Shown: positions 20,878 to 31,631, numbered from the stretch's first letter. The stretch is 60,651 nucleotides of DNA from Candidatus Saccharimonadales bacterium (GCA_035480715.1 DATIHL010000011.1:80722-141372), one strand, 5' to 3'. Translations and numbers: made by a program. Notes: a model not told the origin generated them from the sequence alone.

Positions 20878-21237
20878 ATGAGTAAAGACAGCCTGGCTCA
20901 CAAACAATTTAAGGAGAAGCAAAGACTGGGCCGAACACGGTCTAATATTCGCGGCAGCGCTAAACGCCCTAGACTATCTGTTCATATAAGCAACATGCAT
21001 ATCAGCGCACAGATTATTAACGACGATGAAGCTAAGACTATAGTTTACGTAACTACAGCGGGAAATCGCTCAGAGGAGAAAATGATCGATATGGCTAAAT
21101 GGGTTGGCGCTGAAATTGCCCAAAAGGCCGTAAAAGCTAAAGTCAAGCAAGTAGTTTTTGACCGCGGCGCTCGCAAATATCACGGTAGAATAAAAAGCTT
21201 GGCCGATGCAGCTCGTGCCGGCGGATTGGAGTTTTAG
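20878..21237 (+). CDS. rplR: 50S ribosomal protein L18
   Basis: RPRLSV, VFDRG, YHGR, ARAGGLEF. Confidence 0.99.
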   Translation: MSKDSLAHKQFKEKQRLGRTRSNIRGSAKRPRLSVHISNMHISAQIINDDEAKTIVYVTTAGNRSEEKMIDMAKWVGAEIAQKAVKAKVKQVVFDRGARKYHGRIKSLADAARAGGLEF

Positions 21238-21239
21238 TT

Positions 21240-21779
21240 ATGGACCGGGATAGACGACCCAGAGATAGAATGCAGCCAGAGGACAAGGCTTTTGATGAAC
21301 GCGTTATTTTCGTTAATCGTGTAGCCAGAGTAGTTAAGGGCGGAAGGCGTTTTCGCTTCCAGGCCCTAGTTGTAGTGGGAGATCATAAGGGGTCGGTTGG
21401 AATGGGCATAAGCAAAGGTGCCGATGTGACCGCAGCTATCAATAAGGCCACCGATGTCGCCAAGAAGCGGTTGATTAAGCTGACCTTATACAAGGATACA
21501 TTGACACACGAAGTAGAGGCTAAAGTCGGCGGCTCCAAAATTCTGATCTTTCCGGCTGCGCCGGGGACCGGACTGATAGCCGGCGGAGTCGTGCGTTCGA
21601 TTTTAGAGGTTGTTGGCATCGAAAATGCTTTATCTAAATCCGTTGGGTCTAGTAACCGTGTTAACGTTGCTTACGCTACTCTAGAGGCTTTGCAGAGCAT
21701 GGTTCCAGCCAACAAATGGGTAAACCCACCATCAAGTGCAAATAGATCAGCTAACAAAGCTCCAACGAAGGTCAAGTAA
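21240..21779 (+). CDS. rpsE: 30S ribosomal protein S5
   Basis: NRVARVVKGGRRFRF, PGTGLIAGG. Confidence 0.99.
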   Translation: MDRDRRPRDRMQPEDKAFDERVIFVNRVARVVKGGRRFRFQALVVVGDHKGSVGMGISKGADVTAAINKATDVAKKRLIKLTLYKDTLTHEVEAKVGGSKILIFPAAPGTGLIAGGVVRSILEVVGIENALSKSVGSSNRVNVAYATLEALQSMVPANKWVNPPSSANRSANKAPTKVK

Positions 21780-22258
21780 TGAAATATAACGAACTAATAA
21801 TTTCTAGGCAACGTACCACCAAGAGAGTTGGCCGTGGCATCAGCGCCGGACGTGGTAAAACTGCCGGGCGAGGAACTAAGGGTCAGGGATCGCGTAAGAG
21901 CGGTGGCGTTAGACCCGGTTTTGAAGGGGGGCAAATGCCGCTCTACATGCGTTTACCGCACCTTAGAGGCTTTAAGAGCCGCCGTGCATCAATTGAGGTA
22001 GTCTATACCGGTCAACTGGAAGCTATCCGCAAGTCCATTATTGATAATCAGGCGCTGTTTGAGGCTGGGCTTGTTAGTAGCCCTCATGAATCAGTCAAAT
22101 TACTGCAAAAAGGCGAGTTAAAATCTAAAAAAGATGTCAAGCTGCAGGCAGCTAGCGAATCGGCCATTGCACTACTAAAAAAAACTGGTGGCAGCTTCAC
22201 AAAAGTTGACCGCATTGCCCGGCCCTCAAAAGAGAAGACTAGCGAACCAAAAACCTAA
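21779..22258 (+). CDS. rplO: 50S ribosomal protein L15
   Basis: RVGRG, GKTAGRGTKGQ, FEGGQMPL; follows rpsE directly with no rpmD. Confidence 0.99.
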   Translation: MKYNELIISRQRTTKRVGRGISAGRGKTAGRGTKGQGSRKSGGVRPGFEGGQMPLYMRLPHLRGFKSRRASIEVVYTGQLEAIRKSIIDNQALFEAGLVSSPHESVKLLQKGELKSKKDVKLQAASESAIALLKKTGGSFTKVDRIARPSKEKTSEPKT

Positions 22259-22282
22259 TCCTGTTATACTATTTTCAAGCAG

Positions 22283-23812
22283 ATGAATTGGGGTATTATA
22301 TTAAAATCTTTGGGCCACAAAGAGATGCGTACGCGCATCTTGGCCGTGCTCGGCATGTTGCTAGTATTCCGAATACTGGCGCATATTCCCGTACCGCTTT
22401 CTGATCCACATACACTCAAACAAGTCCTACAGAATCTTTACACGCAGACTGGCGCCAATAATCTGCTGGGCTTTTTGAATGTACTATCCGGCGGCGCCTT
22501 AGCGAACTTCTCGATTATGTTGGTTGGGTTGGGGCCATACATCAACGCTTCGATTATCATGCAACTTCTGACTAAAGCTATTCCCAAGCTGGAAAATATG
22601 AACAAAGAAGGCGAGTATGGCCGCAAAAAAATCAACCAATACACCAGGATGTTGACATTTCCGCTGGCCATAGTCCAGTCCATCGGTATTATTTATCTTA
22701 TCCGTCAGGAGGCCCAAAGCCTTGGCGGCATTGGCGATATAACTGCCAATACGTCACTGGCGCAGTGGGCTTTGATGATCGCCGCGCTAACCGGCGGTTC
22801 TATGGTTCTGATGTGGCTAGGAGAGCTAATTACAGAGAGATCAATAGGTAATGGTATATCGCTTTTGATTACGGTTGGAATTGTTAGTCGTCTGCCGACC
22901 CTGATTAACGAACTGGCTAGCGGTACGACTTGGAGTTCCAGCCTAGCGGCCAACGATAAGCTGGTGCTTTTTAACCACAAATTCAGCAAGCATGGACTGT
23001 TGATCGCCGGCATAGTCGCAGCAGTTGTGGTTTTTGTTATCTGGGCGGTGGTTAAGCTGAATGAAGCTTCTAGGCGGCTGACGGTGAACTACGCTAAACG
23101 CGTTCAAGGTAACCGTACTTATGGCGGAGTTACCACAACGTTGCCGGTTAAGTTGATCACTGCTGGTGTGATCCCGATCATCTTTGCAGTGGCCTTTTTA
23201 TCCGTTCCTAACTTCGCTGGACAGCTTCTGACCCACGGTAAGGGAGTGAACGCCATAGCACATACCCATTGGGAACACATTGGTGTTTCTTTGAGCCAAC
23301 TCTTCCAAAATCCTTCAGCCGCAACCTTTGCAGCAGGTGGCTGGAAGCCTTGGATATATCCTATAACGTATTTCTCGCTAGTATTTATTTTTACCTATTT
23401 CTACACCAGCGTTACCTTCAATTCGAAAGAGATTGCCGAAAACCTGCAAAAACAAGGCGGATTCATCGCCAATATACGCTCCGGGCAGCAAACTCAGAAG
23501 TACTTAAGCAAGGTTGTGAACCGTCTGACGCTCTTTGGGGCCATCGCGCTGGGAGCTTTGGCGGTTTTACCTATCATTGGGCAGATTTATGTCAATCAAA
23601 ATATAGCAATTGGCGGTACGAGCATCTTAATTTTGGTATCGGTATCACTTGAAACGCTGCGTCAAGTAGAGTCACGGGCGCTAATGATCACTTATGACCA
23701 ATACGAGCAACCGGATTATTTCTACGAGGCACCTGGTGTAGAAGCAGCGCCATCCTGGCGAACAGCTGTTCTTTCGCGCTTAAAGCGCCCTATTTCGCGG
23801 AGAAAAAAATAA
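22283..23812 (+). CDS. secY: Preprotein translocase SecY
   Basis: PYINASII, WLGELITE, GNGISL, GVIPIIFA, GGTSILI. Confidence 0.99.
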   Translation: MNWGIILKSLGHKEMRTRILAVLGMLLVFRILAHIPVPLSDPHTLKQVLQNLYTQTGANNLLGFLNVLSGGALANFSIMLVGLGPYINASIIMQLLTKAIPKLENMNKEGEYGRKKINQYTRMLTFPLAIVQSIGIIYLIRQEAQSLGGIGDITANTSLAQWALMIAALTGGSMVLMWLGELITERSIGNGISLLITVGIVSRLPTLINELASGTTWSSSLAANDKLVLFNHKFSKHGLLIAGIVAAVVVFVIWAVVKLNEASRRLTVNYAKRVQGNRTYGGVTTTLPVKLITAGVIPIIFAVAFLSVPNFAGQLLTHGKGVNAIAHTHWEHIGVSLSQLFQNPSAATFAAGGWKPWIYPITYFSLVFIFTYFYTSVTFNSKEIAENLQKQGGFIANIRSGQQTQKYLSKVVNRLTLFGAIALGALAVLPIIGQIYVNQNIAIGGTSILILVSVSLETLRQVESRALMITYDQYEQPDYFYEAPGVEAAPSWRTAVLSRLKRPISRRKK

Positions 23813-23872
23813 CCTCTCAAAAAACACTTTACAACTCCTGTGAGATTATGGTAGTATTATCAGGTTATATTT

Positions 23873-24094
23873 ATGGCCGAAGGTAAAGAGGTTATCGAGC
23901 TAACTGGTGTTATTGTGGAAGCTCTTCCCGGAACACAATTTAGGGTCGAACTGGAAAACGGTCACATAATTATAGCTCATGTCGCCGGCCGAATGCGCAA
24001 GAACTACATTCGTCTAGTGCCAGGTGACCGCGTCAAGGTTGAATTGACACCTTACGATCTGACGAAGGGTCGGATAACCTACCGCGAAAATTAG
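23873..24094 (+). CDS. infA: Translation initiation factor IF-1
   Basis: [27 protein letters not shown]. Confidence 0.99.
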   Translation: MAEGKEVIELTGVIVEALPGTQFRVELENGHIIIAHVAGRMRKNYIRLVPGDRVKVELTPYDLTKGRITYREN

Positions 24095-24135
24095 AGCAGA
24101 GTGTCACTAACTTAGATTATGGAGGAGTGATCCGC

Positions 24136-24252
24136 ATGAAAGTGCGTGCTAGCGTCAAGAAAATTAGTCCAGATGATAAAATAGTCCGCCGCAAGGGACG
24201 GCTATATGTTATCAACAAGCTAAAACCTAAGCATAAGCAGAGGCAAGGTTAA
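24136..24252 (+). CDS. rpmJ: 50S ribosomal protein L36 (Cys-free)
   Basis: Translated by hand: [45 protein letters not shown]. Confidence 0.97.
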   Translation: MKVRASVKKISPDDKIVRRKGRLYVINKLKPKHKQRQG

Positions 24253-24255
24253 TTT

Positions 24256-24642
24256 ATGGCCAGAATTTCAGGAGTAACCATTCCGGATAATAAGCAGGTG
24301 TTGGTGGCCCTGACTTATGTATATGGCATTGGTCCTAAATCCAGCCAGGATATTTTGACCGCAGCTTCGGTCGATCCCACGGTTCGCGTCAAAGACCTAA
24401 CGGACAGCGAGATTTCTAAAATCCAGGACGCTATTAATGCCAACTATACCGTAGAAGGCGAGATGCAGAGAATCATTACGGGCAACATCAAGCGCTTGCG
24501 AGATATCAACGCTTATCGCGGACTACGCCACGCTGCTAATTTGCCAACCAGAGGACAGCGAACCCGTACCAACGCTCGAACAAAACGAGGTAAGCGTATA
24601 ACAGTGGGCGGTACGGCCAAGAAGGCGCCAACTAAGACTTAA
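24256..24642 (+). CDS. rpsM: 30S ribosomal protein S13
   Basis: [22 protein letters not shown]. Confidence 0.99.
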   Translation: MARISGVTIPDNKQVLVALTYVYGIGPKSSQDILTAASVDPTVRVKDLTDSEISKIQDAINANYTVEGEMQRIITGNIKRLRDINAYRGLRHAANLPTRGQRTRTNARTKRGKRITVGGTAKKAPTKT

Positions 24643-24653
24643 AGGGAATAATT

Positions 24654-25115
24654 ATGGCGGAAGAGGAAGTTATAAACGATACGAATACTGAAGCTGCTCA
24701 AGAACAGCCTCAAGAAACTGCAGCTACTGAGGCCCCAAAAACGCGTAAAAAAAAGGCGCGCCGCTCAGTTCCTCATGGTCAGGTTCATGTTTTGGCTACT
24801 TTTAATAACACCATAGTTAGCATAACGGATGGTAAGGGTAATCTATTGACTACCGCCAGTGCCGGCAGCAGCGGCTTTAGAGGTTCAAAAAAAGGCACTG
24901 CATATGCTGCGCAAATGGCGGCGGAGCGAGCAATTACCAACGCCAAGCAATCATACGGTGTTAGCAAAGTCGACGTATTCGTTAAAGGCATCGGCATGGG
25001 GCGCGATGCCGCTGTCCGAACGCTAGTTAGCCAAAATGTCGACGTCGAGAGTATTAAAGACGTCACTGGAGTTCCGCATGGTGGCGTCCGTCCACGAAGG
25101 CCAAAGAGGAATTAG
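24654..25115 (+). CDS. rpsK: 30S ribosomal protein S11 with acidic N-terminal extension
   Basis: ATFNNT, GFRGSKKGTAYAAQ, DVTGVPHGG. Confidence 0.99.
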   Translation: MAEEEVINDTNTEAAQEQPQETAATEAPKTRKKKARRSVPHGQVHVLATFNNTIVSITDGKGNLLTTASAGSSGFRGSKKGTAYAAQMAAERAITNAKQSYGVSKVDVFVKGIGMGRDAAVRTLVSQNVDVESIKDVTGVPHGGVRPRRPKRN

Positions 25116-25124
25116 GAAGAAATT

Positions 25125-25742
25125 ATGGCAAGAGATTTACACCCAATCGTTAAACGTTCACGCCGAGAAGGCTATGCACTTCACCCAAAGGCCCATAAAG
25201 CTCTTGTAAAGCGTTCAACTATTCCAGGTCAGCATGGACGTAACGTTCAACGTGGCAAGGCCAGCCAATACTCCCTGCAATTGCGCGAAAAGCAAAAGGT
25301 AAAAAGGCTGTACGGCTTGCTGGAGAGACAATTTGCCAAATTAATGGAGGAAGCGTCGCGCGCTAAAGGTCAGTCTGGCGATAGGATGTTGGAGTTTTTG
25401 GAAAGACGCTTGGATAACATAATCTACCGCGCTGGATTTGCTCCGTCGCGGCGAGCTGCTCGCCAACTGGTCACTCATGGGCACTTTGCACTCAATGGCC
25501 GTCGCACAGATATTCCTTCAATCAGAGTAGTTAGTGGCAGCGCCATCTCGTTAACAGACAGCAGTAAAAGTAATGATTACTTCAAGCATTTGGATGATCT
25601 AAGTCCAGCGCCGGCAGATATTCCCCAGTGGTTAAAAGTTAATCGCAAGAAATTTGAGATCGTGGTTTCAGCAATGCCTACCAGGGAGGACGCGGAGCCG
25701 GATATTAAAGAGCAACTAATCGTCGAATACTACTCACGTTAA
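25125..25742 (+). CDS. rpsD: 30S ribosomal protein S4
   Basis: QLREKQK, LERRLDN, ARQLVTHGH, IVEYYSR. Confidence 0.99.
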   Translation: MARDLHPIVKRSRREGYALHPKAHKALVKRSTIPGQHGRNVQRGKASQYSLQLREKQKVKRLYGLLERQFAKLMEEASRAKGQSGDRMLEFLERRLDNIIYRAGFAPSRRAARQLVTHGHFALNGRRTDIPSIRVVSGSAISLTDSSKSNDYFKHLDDLSPAPADIPQWLKVNRKKFEIVVSAMPTREDAEPDIKEQLIVEYYSR

Positions 25743-25758
25743 GGAGGTGAGGAAGTAA

Positions 25759-26706
25759 ATGAGTAAAGCAATTCATACCCCAGCACTATCATCTGTTACG
25801 GATCATGACGATCGTACAGCCACATTTAGCGTAGAACCGCTTCAAAGTGGCTATGGCATGACGCTTGGTAATAGCCTAAGGCGCGTTCTACTCTCTAGTA
25901 TTTCTGGAGCAGCCATAACCGGTTTTCGTATAGAGGGCGTAAGTCACGAGTTCACAGCCATTCCGGGAATCAAGGAAGATGTAGTGGCCATTATGCTTAA
26001 TCTAAAAAGCCTGCGCTTCAAGGTCTATAGTGATGAACCGCAGACGCTGAACCTATCAAAAAAGGGCAAGGGCGTCGTAAAGGCTAAAGATCTGAAGCTG
26101 AATGCCGACGTTGAACTTGTTAATCCGGACCAGGTTATATGTACTATAGATGATCCAAAGGCCTCGTTTACCTTAGACGTTATGGTTGAGACTGGCCGAG
26201 GCTATAGGGCGCTCGACGAACAGGGAGGCGGCAAGAAGATTTCTGACATGATTATGCTCGATGCGCTGTTTACACCTGTCCTACGTGTACGCTACAAGGT
26301 TGAAAATACCCGCGTGGGACAAATTACCGACCTTGATAAGTTACTCTTAACTGTAAGTACAGATGGCTCGATATCACCCAGAGATGCTTTTGAAGAGGCA
26401 GCAGCCATTTTAGTCAGCCAGTATTCAGCCTTGGCCGGCCAAACACGCGTTGAAACCGCCGGAGCCCTTACTGATAGTGATGAAAGCGGCCAGATTGGCG
26501 ACGATTCTGAAGAACCAGCCGAGCTGATGACGTCTATCGAGGATCTGAACCTGAGCGCCCGTACAACTAATGCGTTGGTTAATAACGACATTCATACCAT
26601 AAGAGATCTTTTGTCATTGAGCGAGGCTGAACTGCGGGATCTTAAGGGATTTGGTAATAAAGCGCTAGATGAAGTTAAAGAGAAAATGGCGGAGCTAGAG
26701 CTTTAG
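25759..26706 (+). CDS. rpoA: RNA polymerase alpha subunit
   Basis: GYGMTLGNSLRRVLLSS, VENTRVGQ, alpha-CTD LSARTTNAL. Confidence 0.99.
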   Translation: MSKAIHTPALSSVTDHDDRTATFSVEPLQSGYGMTLGNSLRRVLLSSISGAAITGFRIEGVSHEFTAIPGIKEDVVAIMLNLKSLRFKVYSDEPQTLNLSKKGKGVVKAKDLKLNADVELVNPDQVICTIDDPKASFTLDVMVETGRGYRALDEQGGGKKISDMIMLDALFTPVLRVRYKVENTRVGQITDLDKLLLTVSTDGSISPRDAFEEAAAILVSQYSALAGQTRVETAGALTDSDESGQIGDDSEEPAELMTSIEDLNLSARTTNALVNNDIHTIRDLLSLSEAELRDLKGFGNKALDEVKEKMAELEL

Positions 26707-26717
26707 AGAGATAAATT

Positions 26718-27269
26718 ATGCACCGTCACGGCTACAAAGGAACTAAATTTGGCAGAGAACGCGACCAGCGCGAAGCGTTGCTAAAATCTTTGGCGGATTC
26801 GCTTATTTTATATGAGACTATCGAAACCACTCTGCCAAAGGCGAAGGCTGTGGCAACCTACACCGAGAAGCTGGTTGGCAAAGCCAAAAAAGGTAAAGAC
26901 AGCCTGCATAACCGTCGACTGGTAATTAGTGGACTGGCAAGTTTGGAAGCTGCGCATAAGCTGGTAGATGAGCTAGCCCCTAAACTAGGTGGGCGTAGTA
27001 GCGGCTATTTCCGTATTCAGCGAACTAAGCTTAGGCGAGGCGATGGCGCACAGATGGCATCAGTTAGTTTTGTAGACGAGCTGAAAACTGAGAAAAAGTC
27101 GCAAAAAGAAGTTAAGGAAGACGCCAGCGACAAAAAGAAACCTGAAGAGTCCCAAAAATCTGATACTAAACAAGAAGCGCCAGCAATTAAAGACACTTCA
27201 GCCCAAATAGCTCAACCGAAAGTACAAAATCAAGCGCCTAAACGTTCCGGAATCAGAGGAAACAGATAA
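26718..27269 (+). CDS. rplQ: 50S ribosomal protein L17 with C-terminal extension
   Basis: IETTLPKAK, GYFRI, RRGDGA. Confidence 0.98.
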   Translation: MHRHGYKGTKFGRERDQREALLKSLADSLILYETIETTLPKAKAVATYTEKLVGKAKKGKDSLHNRRLVISGLASLEAAHKLVDELAPKLGGRSSGYFRIQRTKLRRGDGAQMASVSFVDELKTEKKSQKEVKEDASDKKKPEESQKSDTKQEAPAIKDTSAQIAQPKVQNQAPKRSGIRGNR

Positions 27270-27715
27270 TGAAGACTCATAGTATTAAGTCCAAAGACAT
27301 TACCCGAAAGTGGTATGTTCTAGACGCATCTGAAGCCCCGCTAGGACGAGTTTCTACTGTTGCTGCCCGTTTACTCATCGGTAAAGGTAAACCCACAGTA
27401 ACGTCGCACATGGACGGCGGAGACTATGTAATTATCATCAACAGCAGCTCGTTAATAGCAACAGGCAATAAGGCGAGTGGCAAGGTCTACTACCGTCACA
27501 GTGGCTTCCCGGGCGGAATTACAAAAAAGACTCTGAACCAGGTAAAGACAGATAATCCCCAAAACGTTATAATCCATGCTATACGTGGCATGTTGCCAGA
27601 CAACAAGCTGCGAAAAGCCCGACTTGCCAGACTTAAAGTCTATATCGGCAGCGAACACCAACACCAGGGGCAGAATCCCGAACCAGTAGTAGTATCAAAG
27701 AAAGATAAGAATTAG
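27269..27715 (+). CDS. rplM: 50S ribosomal protein L13
   Basis: WYVLDA, LGR, YYRHSGFPGG, RGMLP. Confidence 0.99.
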   Translation: MKTHSIKSKDITRKWYVLDASEAPLGRVSTVAARLLIGKGKPTVTSHMDGGDYVIIINSSSLIATGNKASGKVYYRHSGFPGGITKKTLNQVKTDNPQNVIIHAIRGMLPDNKLRKARLARLKVYIGSEHQHQGQNPEPVVVSKKDKN

Positions 27716-27719
27716 AAAA

Positions 27720-28121
27720 ATGATAGAAAACAGTTATTTTTATGCTCTAGGTCGCCGCAAAAGCGCGACAGCCAGGGTGCGACTTACGGGCAAGAAGGGC
27801 AGCTTCATTATTAATGACAAGCCGATGAGCAACTACTTTGCGGGCAGTAAGTACCTACAACACGAGCTTCTAAAACCCTTTAATGCATTAGAATTGGATC
27901 CCGATAACTTTACTGTCAGTGTTAAGGTTAGCGGTGGTGGGCACGCCAGCCAGGTTGATGCAATCAGGTTGGGCATTTCGAAAACATTAACTCAGCTAAA
28001 TGAAGATTACAAAGGCACCCTAAAACGAGCTGAACTTTTAGGTCGCGATCCAAGAGAAAAAGAACGTAAGAAGTTTGGATTCTTAAAAGCTCGCAAGAAA
28101 CGCCAGTATACTAAGCGTTAG
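27720..28121 (+). CDS. rpsI: 30S ribosomal protein S9
   Basis: GRRKSATARV, GGG, RDPREKERKK, QYTKR. Confidence 0.99.
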   Translation: MIENSYFYALGRRKSATARVRLTGKKGSFIINDKPMSNYFAGSKYLQHELLKPFNALELDPDNFTVSVKVSGGGHASQVDAIRLGISKTLTQLNEDYKGTLKRAELLGRDPREKERKKFGFLKARKKRQYTKR

Positions 28122-28148
28122 ACCTCATTTAGTTTATAATTAGTGCAA

Positions 28149-29177
28149 ATGGCAAAAGAGGTTGTTTTAACCGGTTTGCGTTCTAATGCTGAGTTTCATA
28201 TTGGTAATTATTTGGGTGCTATCTTACCTATGGTGGAGCTTCAGAGGAAACGCGCTGGCCAATACCAGCTAAACATGTTCATTCCCGACTTACATAGCTT
28301 CACTACTCCAATCGAGCATGGCAAGCTTTACGAGCAGACGCTACAAAATCTTAAAGTCTTCGTAGCAACCGGGTTAGATATTGAGCAGCCAGATACATTT
28401 ATCTATCGCCAAAGCTATATTCCCGCCCATTCTGAACTCACCTGGATTTTGGACTGTTTTGCTTACTTTGGAGAACTTTCACGAATGGCTGAATTCAAAG
28501 AAAAAAGCGGTCGCCAGGAAAAAGTTAGCGTTGGCCTATTCAATTACCCCGCATTAATGGCTGCTGATATTTTGCTCTATGGTGCTAAATGGGTGCCTGT
28601 AGGTGAAGATCAAAGACAGCATGTCGAGTTTACTCGTGATTTGGCCATACGTCTAAATAACAAATTCGGCGACCTATTCGTTTTACCAGAAGATAACAAA
28701 AAACAAACCGAATTTGCCGGTCGAACAGAGCCTGTGCGCATCCGCAGCCTACGTAATCCAGAAAAAAAGATGAGCAAATCTGTCGACGACCCGGCTGGAA
28801 CCATTATGCTCACAGATAGGCCGGAAGACGCAGCCAGTAAAGTAATGAGTGCCGCTACTGATTCATCGGGCGTAATAAAATACGATTGGCAAAACCAACC
28901 CGGTGTAACCAACCTACTACAGATCTTAGCTCCTATTAGTAATGAACCCCAGCAAGCGGTTAATGAACAATGGGAGGGCAAAAGCAGCTACAACGAACTA
29001 AAAACGGCAGTAGCAGCTAGTGTTAAGGATTTCCTTACCGACCTTCAGTCTAAACTGGCATCAGTTGATCAGGAGAAGTTGGCTAAAAAGCTGGAAGATG
29101 ACGAAACCGCTATGACTCAAGTTGCAAATGCCACGTTGCTCAAAGTCCAAAAAGCCGTCGGGCTTCGTCCAGCCTAA
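28149..29177 (+). CDS. trpS: Tryptophan-tRNA ligase
   Basis: HIGNYLG, YPALMAADIL, VPVGEDQ, KMSKS. Confidence 0.97.
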   Translation: MAKEVVLTGLRSNAEFHIGNYLGAILPMVELQRKRAGQYQLNMFIPDLHSFTTPIEHGKLYEQTLQNLKVFVATGLDIEQPDTFIYRQSYIPAHSELTWILDCFAYFGELSRMAEFKEKSGRQEKVSVGLFNYPALMAADILLYGAKWVPVGEDQRQHVEFTRDLAIRLNNKFGDLFVLPEDNKKQTEFAGRTEPVRIRSLRNPEKKMSKSVDDPAGTIMLTDRPEDAASKVMSAATDSSGVIKYDWQNQPGVTNLLQILAPISNEPQQAVNEQWEGKSSYNELKTAVAASVKDFLTDLQSKLASVDQEKLAKKLEDDETAMTQVANATLLKVQKAVGLRPA

Positions 29178-29200
29178 TCAATTCGGGATAAAATGTAGAG

Positions 29201-30076
29201 GTGCAGGAGTTTAAAGTCAAAAAATCGGACGAGGGTGTGCGTGCCGATATATTTGTGGCCAGTAAATTTCCTGATTATGCGCGCTCAGCCTTAAAGGGTC
29301 TATTTAAACACCAGAACGTCCATATAAATGGCCAAGTGGCCAAAGCCGGCTATAAGCTTAAACAAGGCGACAGAATCACTGTTGACGCATCACTTCTTCA
29401 TGCTGAGGTAGAAGATATAGAACTGCCAATAATATATGAAGATGATGATGTGATGGTAATTGATAAGCCGGCTGGATTACTTACTCATAGCAAGGGTGCC
29501 TTAAATCTAGAACCAACAGTCGCTTCTTTTCTGAAAAAAAGACTTAATGATGAATCATTAACAGGTAACCGGGCTGGAATTATTCACCGGCTGGACCGTG
29601 CCACCAGCGGCCTTATTATCGGCGCTAAAAACTCTAAAGCGCTAGCCTATTGGCAGAAGCAATTCTCGACCAGGAAAGTTAAAAAGACATACGTTGCGAT
29701 CGTAGAAGGTGTACCCAAACCATCTGCGGCAATTATCGATGCACCTATAGCCCGAAATCCCAAAAAGCCGCAAACTTTTCATGTTAATCCATTAGGTAAG
29801 CCGGCACAAACGCAGTATCGGCTAATCCAAAGTATCAATAAAGCCGGCAAAAAGTTTTCACTCCTCGAACTCGAGCCTTTAACTGGACGCACACATCAAT
29901 TGCGCGTTCATCTAGCGTATATTGGCCATCCAATCATAGGAGACGCTGTTTATGGTCACAGCGATACGGCCATGCTATTGCACGCCCAGAAATTAGAGTT
30001 AACTTTTCCTGGCGGAGAGCTAAAGTCCTTTTCTATGCAATCGCCAAAGGTTTTTAGGGACTTTATAGAATCATGA
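29201..30076 (+). CDS. RluA/RluD-family pseudouridine synthase with S4 domain
   Basis: DKPAGL, HRLDRATSG, TGRTHQLRVH. Confidence 0.96.
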   Translation: MQEFKVKKSDEGVRADIFVASKFPDYARSALKGLFKHQNVHINGQVAKAGYKLKQGDRITVDASLLHAEVEDIELPIIYEDDDVMVIDKPAGLLTHSKGALNLEPTVASFLKKRLNDESLTGNRAGIIHRLDRATSGLIIGAKNSKALAYWQKQFSTRKVKKTYVAIVEGVPKPSAAIIDAPIARNPKKPQTFHVNPLGKPAQTQYRLIQSINKAGKKFSLLELEPLTGRTHQLRVHLAYIGHPIIGDAVYGHSDTAMLLHAQKLELTFPGGELKSFSMQSPKVFRDFIES

Positions 30077-30957
30077 GCGGTTTACTGCTTCACGATAAAA
30101 CCAAAAAACAGGCTGAGCTTTTTTTGCGCAAGCCGGCAAATTCATTATTAATTTTGGGTAGCGCCGGCAGCGGCAAGTTAAATTTAGCTATTTCACTAGC
30201 TCAAGAATTACTCAAGCTTGAAAGCACAGCCAAACTTACAAACCATCCTTATTTTTTGCATATCAAAAAGCCTGACGCCAAACAGGATATATCGATAGAC
30301 ACAATCCGTGAAGTAATCAGATTTCTACGCTTAAAAGCACTTGGCAACGGCGGTATAAGAAGAGTTGTAATAATTGAAAATGCCCAACACTTAAGCATCG
30401 AAGCTCAGAACGCTCTTTTGAAAATACTGGAAGAACCGAACGATGACACCGTATTTATACTGACAGCTCCAAATGAGCAAAGTTTATTGCCCACAATAGT
30501 TTCGCGCTGTCAGACGATCCAGGTTTATCCGATCAGTCTTGCTCAGGCTATCAACTATTATAAAGCTAAGTTTAATCAAAAGGTTATAGAATCTACCTGG
30601 CAGCTAAGCCAAGGCAATTCTGCCTTGATGGATGCGCTCTTAAATGACGACCAGAACCACCCTCTTAAGCAGGCCATAGACGAGGCAAAAAAATTTCTGA
30701 GGCAGTCTAAATATGAGCGCCTGCTATATTTAGACAAAATCAGCAAGAATAAGGAAAGCACGGCTTTATTTCTAGAGGCCCTTAATAAGGTTTTGGCTGC
30801 GCTCCACCATACTTATTTGGCCAAGAACAGACAGCAGAGCCTAGCCCAAATGCTACTGTCAGACAGGAAGCTTGTAAGACAGTCTGCAGACGCCATAGAC
30901 GGTAATGGTAACTTAAAGCTGATCTCTCTGGAGCTATTGCTCAATTTGAGGGATTAG
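30073..30957 (+). CDS. holB: DNA polymerase III delta' subunit-like
   Basis: GSAGSGK, AQNALLKILEEP, LLPTIVSRC. Confidence 0.85.
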   Translation: MSGLLLHDKTKKQAELFLRKPANSLLILGSAGSGKLNLAISLAQELLKLESTAKLTNHPYFLHIKKPDAKQDISIDTIREVIRFLRLKALGNGGIRRVVIIENAQHLSIEAQNALLKILEEPNDDTVFILTAPNEQSLLPTIVSRCQTIQVYPISLAQAINYYKAKFNQKVIESTWQLSQGNSALMDALLNDDQNHPLKQAIDEAKKFLRQSKYERLLYLDKISKNKESTALFLEALNKVLAALHHTYLAKNRQQSLAQMLLSDRKLVRQSADAIDGNGNLKLISLELLLNLRD

Positions 30958-30977
30958 TCTGATATAATTGCTCTGAA

Positions 30978-31631
30978 ATGTACGCACTTTTGCTACTGGT
31001 AATTCTCGGCTACATTGTTTACCGCCATAGCCGATACAGTGAAAACGAATTAATGCTTGTTCCGCGCCGTCTGGGTGATAGGCTAACCAAACTTTGGGAA
31101 ATTGCCCACCACGGTATGCGCGAGAATCGTTTTTTACGAGCTGAAAAGGCTCTATTGACGATCTTAAAAATCGACGAGAAAAATGCTGCAGCTTATAATC
31201 GACTCGGTATTTTGTATGCCAAACAACGGGAATATAGAGACGCAATTGATTGCTTTGAGATAGCCAGCAGTATTGAGCCCAGTGCTTCCAGCCTGCACAA
31301 TCTAGGATTAATCTATTACGAGACAGAAAATTACCAAAAAGCGGCCACCGCTTTTGAACAAGCACTTAAGCTGGAAGACGAACTAGCTGCTCGTCACATT
31401 GCCTATGCTAAGGTGCAAGAAAAACTTGGTAATGACAAGTTGATGCTTCAGGAGCTTGAAAGAGCAACTGAGCTCGAACCCAATCCAGAAACATTTAATC
31501 TTCTAGCCAGTGCCTATGAATCACGCGGTATGACCGATGAAGCTACAAAGGTTAGGCGCACAATGAGTCGTTTAACAATGCCTTCAACTCGTCCAAAACG
31601 TGTCCTTCGTCCCCGCCGGGTTGTTATTTGA
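30978..31631 (+). CDS. Membrane-anchored tetratricopeptide-repeat protein
   Basis: N-terminal hydrophobic helix; AAYNRLGILY and HNLGLIYY TPR motifs. Confidence 0.85.
   Translation: MYALLLLVILGYIVYRHSRYSENELMLVPRRLGDRLTKLWEIAHHGMRENRFLRAEKALLTILKIDEKNAAAYNRLGILYAKQREYRDAIDCFEIASSIEPSASSLHNLGLIYYETENYQKAATAFEQALKLEDELAARHIAYAKVQEKLGNDKLMLQELERATELEPNPETFNLLASAYESRGMTDEATKVRRTMSRLTMPSTRPKRVLRPRRVVI

Noticed and set aside
24095..24135. Possible hairpin (TCACT/AGTGA) near the rpmJ SD
   Set aside because: Only a 5-6 bp stem; insufficient without covariation data.
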